A DNA stretch of 64,000 bases from Mantamonas sphyraenae STR306 (lineage: Eukaryota; Protista; CRuMs): positions 496,001 through 560,000 of the forward strand of contig JAPMXV010000044.1 of the NCBI GenBank assembly GCA_026936335.1, written 5' to 3'. How positions within the stretch are numbered: position 1 is the stretch's first letter; each line of letters begins with the position of its first letter. Position numbers and translations under genes: made by a program. Under the pieces are notes generated by a model that was given only the letters and a program-made list of their open reading frames with translations, did not search any database and was not told the DNA's origin. Positions 10,601 through 19,719 of this stretch are shown one piece after another.

Positions 10601-13600
10601 ACCGTGTACAACACGGCCACACCCGTCACGTTGCCCATTGCGTCCTCAAGGTGAGCTCCCACGCAGTACTGGTGCTCCATCTCCCTGAAAAACGGCTTGC
10701 GCAAGTTGGTTCTCGCTGCGACAGTGCTCAACGGTGCCTCGAAGCACTCTCGCAAGGTTTTCGCCCATGGCTCCCCGCTTCGGTGACGGTATGTCTTTTG
10801 CTTGCCCGTCTCGTCGTACGTGCGCACACTCATGGACACCCTACCGAATCCCATTCCCAGCAGCATGTGCTCAAAGTGCACAAACATCTCCGACAACAGG
10901 TCGCCCGTCGATTTCAACGCAACTGCAACCTCCTGGAGCGCCTCTTCATACCTCCGCTCGTGGCTTCGTGCAAGTACCTCTGCGTTGCGCTGTTTCGTCA
11001 GCCGTTTGATGTTTCGGTGTTCATGCTCCAGCTCCGATTTCAAGTCGGCGATTTGGCTCTGCAGCTGGTACACCAGCCTGTCCTTCGACATAATCTCCAT
11101 CGTCTTCTCCAGCAGCTGCTGTTTCAGCTGCCTCTTGGATCGCGGCTGCTTCAGCTTGTTCACCATCTTGACCGCGTTGAACGTGTTCCGCAGCCTCGAG
11201 CTGGCCTCACTCGGCCCTTCTTCAGTTGAGTCCATGCTGCTCCCGCTTCCCGATTGGTTCATCATTCCCTCCTCGTTCTGCTCTCGCCGCTCCTGAGCAT
11301 GCTGCTCCTGTGCCACACCTTCTCCCCACTCCGATCCACCTGTCGTTGCCTTGGCTGTGTCCACACTTCCTCGGCGAGCTACACGGGGCTTCTCCACGCT
11401 CCCGCCCTTGACCCCATCTGTCTCGTCTCCCACTCTGCTTTGTGGTGTCGATTTGGCCATTCTCAGCGGGCCCTGAGCCGGCTCTTGAGACGCTCCCTCT
11501 TCGGCACTCGCACTCTGCTGTACGTGTTCCGCAGCCTTCCATGTCCCATCCACAGCATCTGACATGATGTCTCCCAACGATCGCCTGCTGCCATCCGTTG
11601 CTTCCAGATGGATGGATGGCCTACGCGACCCGCCAGGTGAGGCAACCGACGCAGGTGTCGATGGCGAGACGCTGTCCTCATCGTCAGACCACACAGAGTC
11701 CATCGTGCGTCCACGTGCACTCGGAGGTGTCATCCGGTACTCGCTCAGCTGCGCGTACAGAGCGTCCGCGTGCACGCCTTCGCGCTTGCCATTTCCTCCG
11801 CTTGGTCGCACAGGTTGCTCTGTCACGGCTCCATCCCGAACGCTTTGGTGACTTGACGATGTTTGCATCGAGCGCTGGTCCAACGTAGGAGTCTTGCCCA
11901 GAGACATGAGCGAGTCCTGCGACGAATTGCGCCTGCGTCGTCGAACAGGCCCATCCCGGCCGTCCGGAAACGCAATATCACTGCGCGAATCCAGGTCTCG
12001 GTGGACCTCGGACTGTGTTTGAAGGTGGAACGAGCGTTCCAGCCGCCCTTTGTCCTCTGTCTCCAGAGACATGCGCCGGATGTTTGCTCGTTTCCAATCC
12101 GTCGTTGCGTCGTACGAGTCGGCCACCCCGGCAAGTTCGGGCAGCGTTTCCAACGTACTGCTTCGCCGTCGACCTCTTCTGCCCACCGCTGCATCTTCTT
12201 GTTGCCTGGCCAACTCCTCCTTCTCTCTCTGGTAGTCGCTCCACAATTTCCGTTGCGGCACCGCCTTGCTCTCCGGCTCCGCGGCGCTCTTGGAGGCGCC
12301 TCCACTCACCTCATTGTTGCCAATCCCTGTGTGCCGCGGCGTACTCTGTTGCCCCTTGCGCCTGTGCTCTGTTTGTGGACGTCGCCGAGGCCTGGCAGTG
12401 TTGTTCTCGTCATGAGGTGTGTCCTTGGCGTGCGTCGAGCCAGACCCCGCTCCATGACTCGTCTTGAGTCGTCTTGCGCTTCCAGCGAAAGGTGATCTCC
12501 GGTGTGCCGGAGTTTGTGTCAACGGCGCCATCCCCTCCAGCTGCTTGCCCAAATCCAACGTGCTCAAACCACCGGTTCCCAGTCCGCCCGGCGTGGCTCC
12601 CTTTCGAGTGCCCGACCTGCGATTATGCACGCGGCTGGGAGGGCGGGGCGTGCTGTGTGCCCCACGCTCACCCTGCTCTTCCATTTCCTCCAGCCCCAAC
12701 ATCGCTTCACCAGCCGTCCGCGACGGCGCTCGCGGAGTCGGCGTCGGCGACTTGCTTTGTTTACGTGTGGGCAGTGTCGTGCGCAGCGAATAGTGCTGCA
12801 TGTTGGACCCCGGCTTGCCTGCATCGCTCTTGAGTGCCGGCAAGGTCGTCTTGGAGCTGCTGGAGGTGGTTCCCTTTCCAGTTTGCCTTCGCAGTGCCCC
12901 CGGGTTCTGTCCGCCCACTTCCATTGGTCCGGCATCTTTCTTCTTGGCCACACGCTCTGCCGTATTGTGTCCCCCCGGGCCGGCCCTCTTCTTGGCTGCC
13001 TTTTTGCGTCGGGCCAATCGCGCCTGCCGCTTCTCTTCCATGGCCTGCGCCTCCAGCTTGCTCTGCAGTGATTTCATCACAGATGACACATTCACACGCA
13101 TCATGTCCCCATCTTGAGCTTGAGAGCTACTCTGTGCCACCGAGGTACCTTCCAATTTCTGATCCTTTGGCTCCTGCACCCGCACGCGACTCGATGTCGC
13201 CTTGTCCGCCCTCTTGGCTCCCTCTTTGGTCACTTCCTTGCCCATCATCTCGCTTTTCTTTTCAATGGTTGCCTTTGCTGTCCTTGTCGCCGAACCAGTG
13301 GCAACCCGTCCGGAGGTTGCTGCGCCTCCGGTCCGGCCAGCCACACGCCCTTCCGTCTCGCTGCGCACGTTGCCTACCCCCAACACTTGCTTGCTTGCCG
13401 CTCCAGCTTGTTTTTCTTGCCTGTGGTCCTTCTTGAGCGGTGTATGATACTCCTGTTGCGCGGCATCGGCTCCAGCCTGCAGCTGTTTGCCGTCCAGATC
13501 TACCCGCAGTCGCATGCCCTTCTGCTCTTCACGTAGTTTGGCCACAGTGTCCATCACTTCTTTGGACACCTGAAGCGAGCCCTTGCTGCCTTCGGTCGCA

Positions 13601-16062
13601 AGCGCTGTGCTCAGGGCACCATCGTGTGATGGGATTCCCGCTCGGGTTAGTCGGGCCGAACTGGGACCTGAGCGGCTCTGAGCCTGCGCCGTCTCTGATT
13701 TCTTCTTTGCCAGCTGTGAGCTCAGACGTGCAGCCGCAATCGCCCTGCTTTGTTCCTCGTCGTCATCTTCGTCGTCTGACGACTCAGGCGAAAGCAGCGC
13801 AGAGACGCGTTCAATCTTGTGGACCACCACAATCCCCTGCCCATCGTCTTCTCCATCGCTGTTGTCTCCATCGTTGTCCCGTGCACTGTTCTTGGTATCG
13901 GTTCGTTGCGAGGTGCTTGTCGTACCGGTAGACGACGCGCGCTCCTTTCTCTGGCCCGGTTCCGTCCCACTGGGTCTGCCAGAATTACTCTCCTCCTCTC
14001 CTTCGTCTTCGTCGTCCCGAGAGGCAAATTCCTGCATGTGCTTGGCAATGAGATCGTCGTCTCGCTCTTTGGGAGTCTTTGGGCGGCTCCTCGCGCTAGC
14101 GTGTGATTCCGCTGCTGTGTTCGCATTGAGTACCGACTGCAACGTGGTGTGGCTGTTTGAGCGTGATCGGTTGGCGACGTTCGATGTGCCGGCGCTTTGG
14201 GTGTCGCTGTCTTCCGACTCGGAACTGCCTGCGCTGCTCATGCTGAACGAGCGCAGCCTCATCTTTCCGCCTGCCTGAAGGAATCCCAGCATCTCTGAAG
14301 CTGGCATGCTCTCCGGTGCCACACCAGACATGCCCCAACCTGTCGACTGCTGCGAGCTGGAACGAACCACCGCACTCTGCGGCTGCTTGTGTTCGTGCCC
14401 ACTCCTGTCCTCCAGCTGTTCCTCTTGTGGTTCGTCCTCCTCCACGAGTGCATCCAAGGAACCAAACGAATCTGTGCGTTCCGAATCGACCAGGAGGTCG
14501 GTCCTATGCGGAATGCGCACGGACGGCAAGTCCTGCTCTTTCTCGCTTTCCAACCCTGATTCTGTACTCTCTTCATCCTCGTCGTCGTCGTCTGTGTTGT
14601 TTTCCTTGGGGTCTTCTTTGGGGTCTTCATGCGTGTGCCCAACCGCCGTGGTTTTAAAGTCTTCGGTTTGCACCAACACGATGTCCTGTTCTCCCTGCGC
14701 ATCTGACGCATGGCTAGGCGAACCGATGATCATGATTTCTGGTTCGTGTGCAGGTTGGCTTCCGCGCTTAGCTTGTCCGTCGTGTTGGAGGGTTGGGCCG
14801 GCGGTGCGGCTTGTTCGCCGTTGACCACTGCCACGACCGTCGTGCGCGGTTCCTGACTTTTTGTGGCGCCGTACGCTGTCTGCTGTGTTCATGTTGTGCG
14901 TCAGAGGTCGTGCCTTTGCGTGCTCCTCCACCATCTTTCCAAGGGCAGCCCAGTCCTCGCGGAGGTCTCCACGAGCCGTTGCCGGTTTCGTGACGCCGTG
15001 CAGAGTATACTCGTGCTGCCTTGCTGTGTTCGGAGCACTTTGAGCGCCGTGTTGAGTAGATTCGCCCTGGTCGACACGTGTGCTGATGAATGGGTTGTCT
15101 GTGTACACGGCGGTGTCCTTGTCCGCTTGCACCAGCGTGTCACTGGCGTTGGCATTCAGCATCTTGGCCAAAGGGGCACGGGATTGGCGCGCCTTGACAC
15201 GCACTGTTGTCTCCTTGTCGGAAGAGGACACGTGGCCGTACATCTTGCCCTGGTGACTGCGCGAGGGCCCGTGCCGCGCTTGCACCTCCCCGCTGTCCTT
15301 CTTTGTCTCGACATACTGCAGCGACTTGGAGCCACTGCTGCGAATAGCCCGTATTTGGCGCTGTGCCTCGCGCTCTCGTTCGTTGGCTTCGCGCTGGGCG
15401 TTGAAGGACGTGGCGACGCGGTCGGCAAGAGAAGCGGCTGCGTTTGCCCGTTCCATTTCCTGCTCCGCGGCAGCTGCCATCGAGGCCTCTTGCATCTGCA
15501 GCGACCGCCTGCGCAGACGCTCACGCTCAGCCAAGTCAACGTCGTCCATGCTGTCAGACTTGGGACTCTCTGTGGCGTAAGCAGGCATTGTCTTTTGGTT
15601 GATGAGGAGCAACGGCTCGTCCAGGTCGAGTTCCTGCTCGTTTTCCTGCACCCTTTGCTGGCTGGACAAGCCGCTGCGGCTGCCTGTCTGTGTGTCCCCG
15701 CCACTCTGCGGGCGCTGCGACCTCTGCTGTGCTGCCTCGCGCCTTCGTGCCTCCACCTGGGCTTGCTCGTCCTGCAAGGCTTTCCATAGCGGGACCGTCA
15801 CGATCCCCTTGGGGCGCGTCGGCGTGTGGGCATCATGTTGAGAGCGCGAGCCGCCTACGTTGCGCATGCTATCGCCACCGGAGCCTCGTTCGCTGACTAT
15901 GGCGTACCCGAGGCCGGCATAGTCAAACTTTGCATCTTCGACCTGGGTCCCTTCAGCAAACCAGGCCGAAGGGTCCGCAACCTTGCTTTGCTCTACCTGC
16001 ACCTGCTGACGTAGGCCATCCTCTTCGCTTCGCTCCGTGTCCTGACCACCCGAGGCCTGCAT
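7675..16062 (-). CDS. ~2,800-aa largely disordered protein with coiled coil, possible GAF-like segments and a C-terminal degenerate class III adenylyl/guanylyl cyclase domain
   Basis: Long ORF 7675..16311 whose 5' end overlaps PSMA1, so the start is probably ATG 16062 (MQASGG). Cyclase-fold pattern at ~8650-8140: VNMMVELRSF...VWCVFGPP...AVLAAKRIQ...VSVVMHASPCHVG...GEILCSEAV. No signal peptide or TM segment seen. Confidence 0.7.
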   Translation of the reverse strand: MQASGGQDTERSEEDGLRQQVQVEQSKVADPSAWFAEGTQVEDAKFDYAGLGYAIVSERGSGGDSMRNVGGSRSQHDAHTPTRPKGIVTVPLWKALQDEQAQVEARRREAAQQRSQRPQSGGDTQTGSRSGLSSQQRVQENEQELDLDEPLLLINQKTMPAYATESPKSDSMDDVDLAERERLRRRSLQMQEASMAAAAEQEMERANAAASLADRVATSFNAQREANEREREAQRQIRAIRSSGSKSLQYVETKKDSGEVQARHGPSRSHQGKMYGHVSSSDKETTVRVKARQSRAPLAKMLNANASDTLVQADKDTAVYTDNPFISTRVDQGESTQHGAQSAPNTARQHEYTLHGVTKPATARGDLREDWAALGKMVEEHAKARPLTHNMNTADSVRRHKKSGTAHDGRGSGQRRTSRTAGPTLQHDGQAKRGSQPAHEPEIMIIGSPSHASDAQGEQDIVLVQTEDFKTTAVGHTHEDPKEDPKENNTDDDDEDEESTESGLESEKEQDLPSVRIPHRTDLLVDSERTDSFGSLDALVEEDEPQEEQLEDRSGHEHKQPQSAVVRSSSQQSTGWGMSGVAPESMPASEMLGFLQAGGKMRLRSFSMSSAGSSESEDSDTQSAGTSNVANRSRSNSHTTLQSVLNANTAAESHASARSRPKTPKERDDDLIAKHMQEFASRDDEDEGEEESNSGRPSGTEPGQRKERASSTGTTSTSQRTDTKNSARDNDGDNSDGEDDGQGIVVVHKIERVSALLSPESSDDEDDDEEQSRAIAAARLSSQLAKKKSETAQAQSRSGPSSARLTRAGIPSHDGALSTALATEGSKGSLQVSKEVMDTVAKLREEQKGMRLRVDLDGKQLQAGADAAQQEYHTPLKKDHRQEKQAGAASKQVLGVGNVRSETEGRVAGRTGGAATSGRVATGSATRTAKATIEKKSEMMGKEVTKEGAKRADKATSSRVRVQEPKDQKLEGTSVAQSSSQAQDGDMMRVNVSSVMKSLQSKLEAQAMEEKRQARLARRKKAAKKRAGPGGHNTAERVAKKKDAGPMEVGGQNPGALRRQTGKGTTSSSSKTTLPALKSDAGKPGSNMQHYSLRTTLPTRKQSKSPTPTPRAPSRTAGEAMLGLEEMEEQGERGAHSTPRPPSRVHNRRSGTRKGATPGGLGTGGLSTLDLGKQLEGMAPLTQTPAHRRSPFAGSARRLKTSHGAGSGSTHAKDTPHDENNTARPRRRPQTEHRRKGQQSTPRHTGIGNNEVSGGASKSAAEPESKAVPQRKLWSDYQREKEELARQQEDAAVGRRGRRRSSTLETLPELAGVADSYDATTDWKRANIRRMSLETEDKGRLERSFHLQTQSEVHRDLDSRSDIAFPDGRDGPVRRRRRNSSQDSLMSLGKTPTLDQRSMQTSSSHQSVRDGAVTEQPVRPSGGNGKREGVHADALYAQLSEYRMTPPSARGRTMDSVWSDDEDSVSPSTPASVASPGGSRRPSIHLEATDGSRRSLGDIMSDAVDGTWKAAEHVQQSASAEEGASQEPAQGPLRMAKSTPQSRVGDETDGVKGGSVEKPRVARRGSVDTAKATTGGSEWGEGVAQEQHAQERREQNEEGMMNQSGSGSSMDSTEEGPSEASSRLRNTFNAVKMVNKLKQPRSKRQLKQQLLEKTMEIMSKDRLVYQLQSQIADLKSELEHEHRNIKRLTKQRNAEVLARSHERRYEEALQEVAVALKSTGDLLSEMFVHFEHMLLGMGFGRVSMSVRTYDETGKQKTYRHRSGEPWAKTLRECFEAPLSTVAARTNLRKPFFREMEHQYCVGAHLEDAMGNVTGVAVLYTVLPELEAGQERAEQLNSLLLPSNFTFQAEERRSRRSRRKMSLEGHTVHDTQSMQISNVLPVLLREWCHAVSTSETMRMLARKRRLSGLRTRIVREFVTPMNLERLQNGIIASLQLMCAEMGVSSCLFVYVLDDDRRHMFDLLPGGVDGEVHNPMSELLNDPIEGKLQSRHQSLVGGQAGRRLSVQPQNGFRDGSKSTHMNALLSPRVTVQGSRGGASSSSSSSSSNNNSVLVSPAQARLARQANSRRHSVSVTDMDTRTRTRVSMATMLDELRITDSTAEDDDDDEQDGDLAGSPSSKAEDKDQRKAGRRKSGKEESDARGSSFRSQDPGAEGGGSEFETVLRLHGLKSDEEQTNNGTTGRRGSTVGTGRPGSRGRRIQSLLESGASLENEEAEEGVVLHYVALRNGTVTRNSLNDMRPTEPGIVVARSQWVAMTKPKHVDAVRKRFGLENTSNDSSKHMHHMPFNVGNNELTNALLVLQRRDQDRGTYKSGAVRGKLVMEVADVKHGKKGGEEDGEGEGGGEGNGDGEEVKGLGGSSSGGSKGEGEKGKETQNKSSNGNKGEEESDENEASRGTSFKQAGGGGEKQQGSGSMAKASFHHVEVTEFLRIWKHEVGQQIARTGIAFGKLFRHFPSDIVEELMRDSNMEDTLFPRCKTVVNMMVELRSFHFGSTESKRMGRLSKNPAAAHRMNEVFASVVQEIVHEKEGVVVSSADNRVWCVFGPPYFELSGAMMCLSAVLAAKRIQEVCRRLRKQQIPGLSTKTAFNVSVVMHASPCHVGLFQSPQPSFQVHGFGVRVMEAMMTNAARGEILCSEAVVKHVRGEDNRAGGMGLIADHMLFGEARRLQFSEEMVSLMSMGMLKAQEGGGGDGELTEEDLAAAAAAAALTSTNSLSVDDRRMSERRESLKRKPSNRSMTRSTSNSSVGSEKGMRRSSSVRSRKASSSTGEKGMRRSSSARIALKMSDEGIVVYPVDRR

Positions 16063-16153
16063 GGGTCGGGTTGTTGGCGTCGGAAATTGTTTTGGCAGAA
16101 CCGGAGTGGCGTGGTGGCAAAAGGCTTGCGTTGATTGCATTTTGATGCTGCGA

Positions 16154-17399
16154 TCACTCTTCCTCCTCCTCTTCTTCCTCTTCCTCCTCCCCATTCTCAG
16201 CCTCCTCTTCCACCTCCTCAGCCTCCACGTCCTCCTCAAACACGAGGTTGTCCAGGTACGGTTTGAGGTCGTCGCCCTCGATGACGGTGTAGGTGCAGTC
16301 TGCCCCGACATACGAGATGCTAACGTTCTCCGTGTCCAACTTGTCGTCCTTGTTCTGCTGGGAGCTCATGGACTCGTGCAGGGCGTTGACTGCGTGCTGA
16401 ATCAGTTCTTCGAGGCTCGCCTCCTCAAACTCTTCAAAGGAGCGTTCCAGGTAGGTTCGTGCGCTCTGCGAGCGAGCCCCAATGGCAATGGCCTTGTAAT
16501 CAAAGTAGTTGCCCGACGGGGAGGTTTCGTACAGGTGGGCGCCCGTCTTGTCGTAACCAGCAACGAGCAAGCCGACGCCGTAGGGGCGACGTCCGTAGCG
16601 CTGTGTGGGGACCTGGGATTCTGTGAGCAGGCAAGCACATAGGAGAGGTCAGTTGTGAGGGTGGGTGTGAGTGTGCGTGTGCGTGTGTGTGCAGGGAACC
16701 AAAGAAAAACTCATCCCGATGCGTAGTTTGACAAGTCAACGTACTGTCGGCAATCAGCTGCACCAGTCGGCCGCTGGGCATACCAGTCTCGTAGACAAAG
16801 CGGTGGCCAATGCACTCGCTACGCATAAACTTGACGAGGACGCGTGCGTCCGCGGCGAGGCCCGAGATGGCAACGCCCACATGCTCGTCGACCTCAAACA
16901 GCTTGGGTTGATGCGACGAGAGCTCGTTGGCAGCGCGTTTGATGCCACCCAGCACCACGTGGGTGTTGGACTTGAGCCCCACGGAGCAGCTGCCCTGCTT
17001 GACGGCCTCCATGGCGTACTCGATCTGGAACAGCCTGCCTTCCGGCGACCACACCGTGATATCGCTGTCGTACTGTGAGAGTGACGGGGTCAGCCAAGGT
17101 CTGCGAGCGCGTCATGCACACAGATCCACGTTGCGGCGTTGGGTTTTGGGAACCTGGCCAAACGGGGGGAGTGGACGAGCCGCGGGCCGGAAAAGAGGGA
17201 AAACTGCGACGGAATCAACCTCTTCAGCTTGCAGAGGCCTCGGCCTTGGCACACCCTGGGGGACGTGCAGAACACTCGCGCTGGAAGAGGATGCAAGTGC
17301 AGGCACACACGCAGTTTCGAGAGGCCATAGCCTGGGAGGCGACACCACTGGACGCTGGAGCGGTACGGAAGAGAAGCAACTCACCTGGTTGCGGAACAT
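16154..17399 (-). CDS. PSMA1: 20S proteasome subunit alpha type-1 (alpha6); exons 17399-17385, 17072-16745, 16620-16154
   Basis: Spliced product [33 protein letters not shown]...[24 protein letters not shown]...[14 protein letters not shown] is diagnostic of PSMA1/PRE5. Acidic poly-Glu tail. Confidence 0.97.
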
Positions 17400-17593
17400 C
17401 GCGTGCGCTGGGCTGCGGGTGGACAGGCAGGTTGTGCAAGACGCACACGCAGTCACAATGATGGGTTAGCAAGTCGTGGGAATCAAGTCAAACGCAAGGA
17501 AATGGGAAGTTACGTGTTGTGTTTCGCTGCAACCCCTTGCGCAGGCAAGCCATCGGAATTCTGCTTCCCAACGCACAAAACAAGCCGGGTCAG
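17400..17593. promoter_or_regulatory. Putative short bidirectional promoter (PSMA1 / JTB-like)
   Basis: 194 bp between divergent ATGs. Inferred from geometry only. Confidence 0.5.
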
Positions 17594-18238
17594 ATGAATC
17601 GCGCAGTGTTTGCTGCCCTCGTGGTGCTTGCTCTGGGTTGTGGGATAGGTGCAGCCTCAGGTGCGACCGGAAATCCATCCCCCGGGCACAACCTTGGCGG
17701 CGAGACGTGGAGCATCAACGAATGCAACGTGACTGGCCCTTGCGTGACGTGCTCCAGCACAGAGCAGGTACGTTGATGTGATCACAGGCGCTGGCTCCCT
17801 GCGCAGCTCCAGCTGGACAGCGGGAACACTCCGCTACCCCGAGATTTGCTTTCCAACACCCTATCCCTCAGACACAGAGCTATTGCAAAGAGACGGGTGC
17901 GCGCGAACAATGGACTTGTCAGGTTGCTGCTACAGGAGAACGCGAGCTGCAGTATCGTGCATGCCCAAACCCGGAAGCCAACTTTGCCTCGGTCGTGTAC
18001 TTTGAGGTGCGTGACTCCTGCCTCGGACCATGTGGACCTTTTACGTGCTTGCCCACTCACATGCACTAACACTGACCCTTCTCCCTGCGTGGTACATGAT
18101 CTGTCCCCTTCATTCTTGCCCCTGCAGCTGGCCATGATTATCGTCGCAATGACGTCCTGCTACTTTGTGCAACGTCGCAAACATGGAGCATGGACCGCCT
18201 CCACTCGCGCTGGTGGCTACCGAAGGGTCGGCAGGTGA
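17594..18238 (+). CDS. JTB: JTB (jumping translocation breakpoint)-like small type I membrane protein; exons 17594-17767, 17872-18006, 18128-18238
   Basis: Signal peptide, Cys-rich ectodomain CNVTGPCVTCSSTEQTQSYCKETGAREQWTC...YRAC, then FE followed by a TM helix and a basic tail. This matches the JTB architecture (CxxC...CxxTG...C...C...FE-TM). Confidence 0.7.
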
Positions 18239-18302
18239 GAGAGCGAACGCAATGAAGGTTCCATGCAAAACGTCGCCAGCTCGTCAAACACAAAGCGTTT
18301 CC

Positions 18303-19677
18303 ATGTCCAGCACGCGCGAACAGTGCAAGGTGGTGCTCCTTGGAGAAGGTAGGGTTGAGCCTTGGTGTCGGTAGACTGCGTGGTGTCGTCCACGCTCACG
18401 TTGCATGTGCTGACATCCAATCTGTCGGCCGCCACGCCCAGGCCGAGTGGGCAAGACTTCCATCGTCACGCGTTACTGCCAGAACAGCTACTCCGACAGG
18501 ACGCAGACCACGGTCCAGGCAGCATATCAGACCAAGAAGCTCAACATCTCCGACACACCCATGCAGGTTGCCATCTGGGTACGTTGGCGGAGCACCGCCG
18601 CTCCCCGCAACGACCCTCCCTTTTGCTCACACTGCCTTCCCACCATGCACAGGACACTGCTGGCCAAGAGCGTTTCCATGCTCTCGGTCCCATCTACTAT
18701 CGCGACGCAGACGGTGAGTTGCGTGTTCGCTCGCCCCTGGCCTGTGTGTCCCACGCTTCCACCCCGTGCTTCTGCGCTCACGTCCATTTTCCACCCACCC
18801 GGTTGCCGCGCGCCTCATTTACGTCCTCTCCCGTGCCCTCTACACAGGTGCTGTGCTCGTCTACGACGTCACTGACCCGGAGAGCTTTGATAAGGTTAAG
18901 AGCTGGGTCAAGGAGCTTCGCTCCATGCTGGGTCTCGACGTGCAGCTGGTCATTTGCGGCAACAAGATCGATCTTGAACGCCTGCGTCAGGTCGACGAGT
19001 CTGAAGCTGTTGAGTGAGTTTTCCTCTTTGCCTACTTTCTCCACCCCCCCCCCTTCTTTCCTTCCCCGAAAGGGTTGCCACTGGCCTGCGCCTGAGCGCT
19101 AGCAGCAATCTCCAAGCCCTCATTGCGTGGTCTCGCTCGCCTGCTGCCTGTACACGATGCCTGCTCCCAAGCTCAACTTTCCACTTGCCCTTTGTTTCGT
19201 CGCTCACACACTTACACCCCACTCTCCTCTCCACGCACACCCACAGATTTGCCGAGTCTGTGTCAGCCAAGCATTTCAACACCAGTGCCAAACTCAACAA
19301 GGGGGTCGAGGAGGCGTTTCTCAGCGTTGCCAAAAGTGAGTTTGGCGAATTCTCTTCGCTTCTCACACCCGAACCCTGTCCCCCGCGCTTCTCTTCCCTC
19401 ACACACACACACACACACACACACTCCATCTCTCTGTTTCTCTTTCATCCGCACGCATACACCCACCCAATCCACGACAGTGATTCTGAACCACAGGCAA
19501 ACAGGCGACTCGGACGTCAGCAAGCGCACAGCGGCCAAAAGCAAGGGCCGCCGCCAAACCACAAGCGAATTCTCCTCAGAGTCCTACTCGGGTACATACC
19601 AGACAGAAGCGCCCCGGCGCAAGACAATCATCATCGACGACGAAGAGCCGTCCAAGAAGGAAGGTGGCTGCTGCTGA
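18303..19677 (+). CDS. RAB21: Rab21 small GTPase, about 6 exons
   Basis: KVVLLGEGRVGKTS, TTVQAAY, WDTAGQERFHALGPIYYRD (Rab21 signature), GNKIDLE, TSAKLNKGV and C-terminal GGCC prenylation motif, separated by GT-AG introns. Confidence 0.93.
19400..19424. repeat. (CA)n microsatellite in the last Rab21 intron
   Basis: cacacacacacacacacacacacac is directly visible. Confidence 0.85.
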
Positions 19678-19719
19678 ACTGAAACTGAACATCTCTTTCC
19701 CTTCCTCACCTCTCACCCC

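Noticed and set aside
16063-16311. N-terminal extension of the 2878-aa ORF overlapping PSMA1 in another frame
   Set aside because: It is the alternative-frame reading of the Glu-rich PSMA1 tail; a downstream ATG gives a non-overlapping model.
17594-19677. JTB next to a Rab, recalling the human JTB-RAB13 neighbourhood
   Set aside because: This Rab is Rab21, a different subfamily from Rab13, so it is most likely coincidence.
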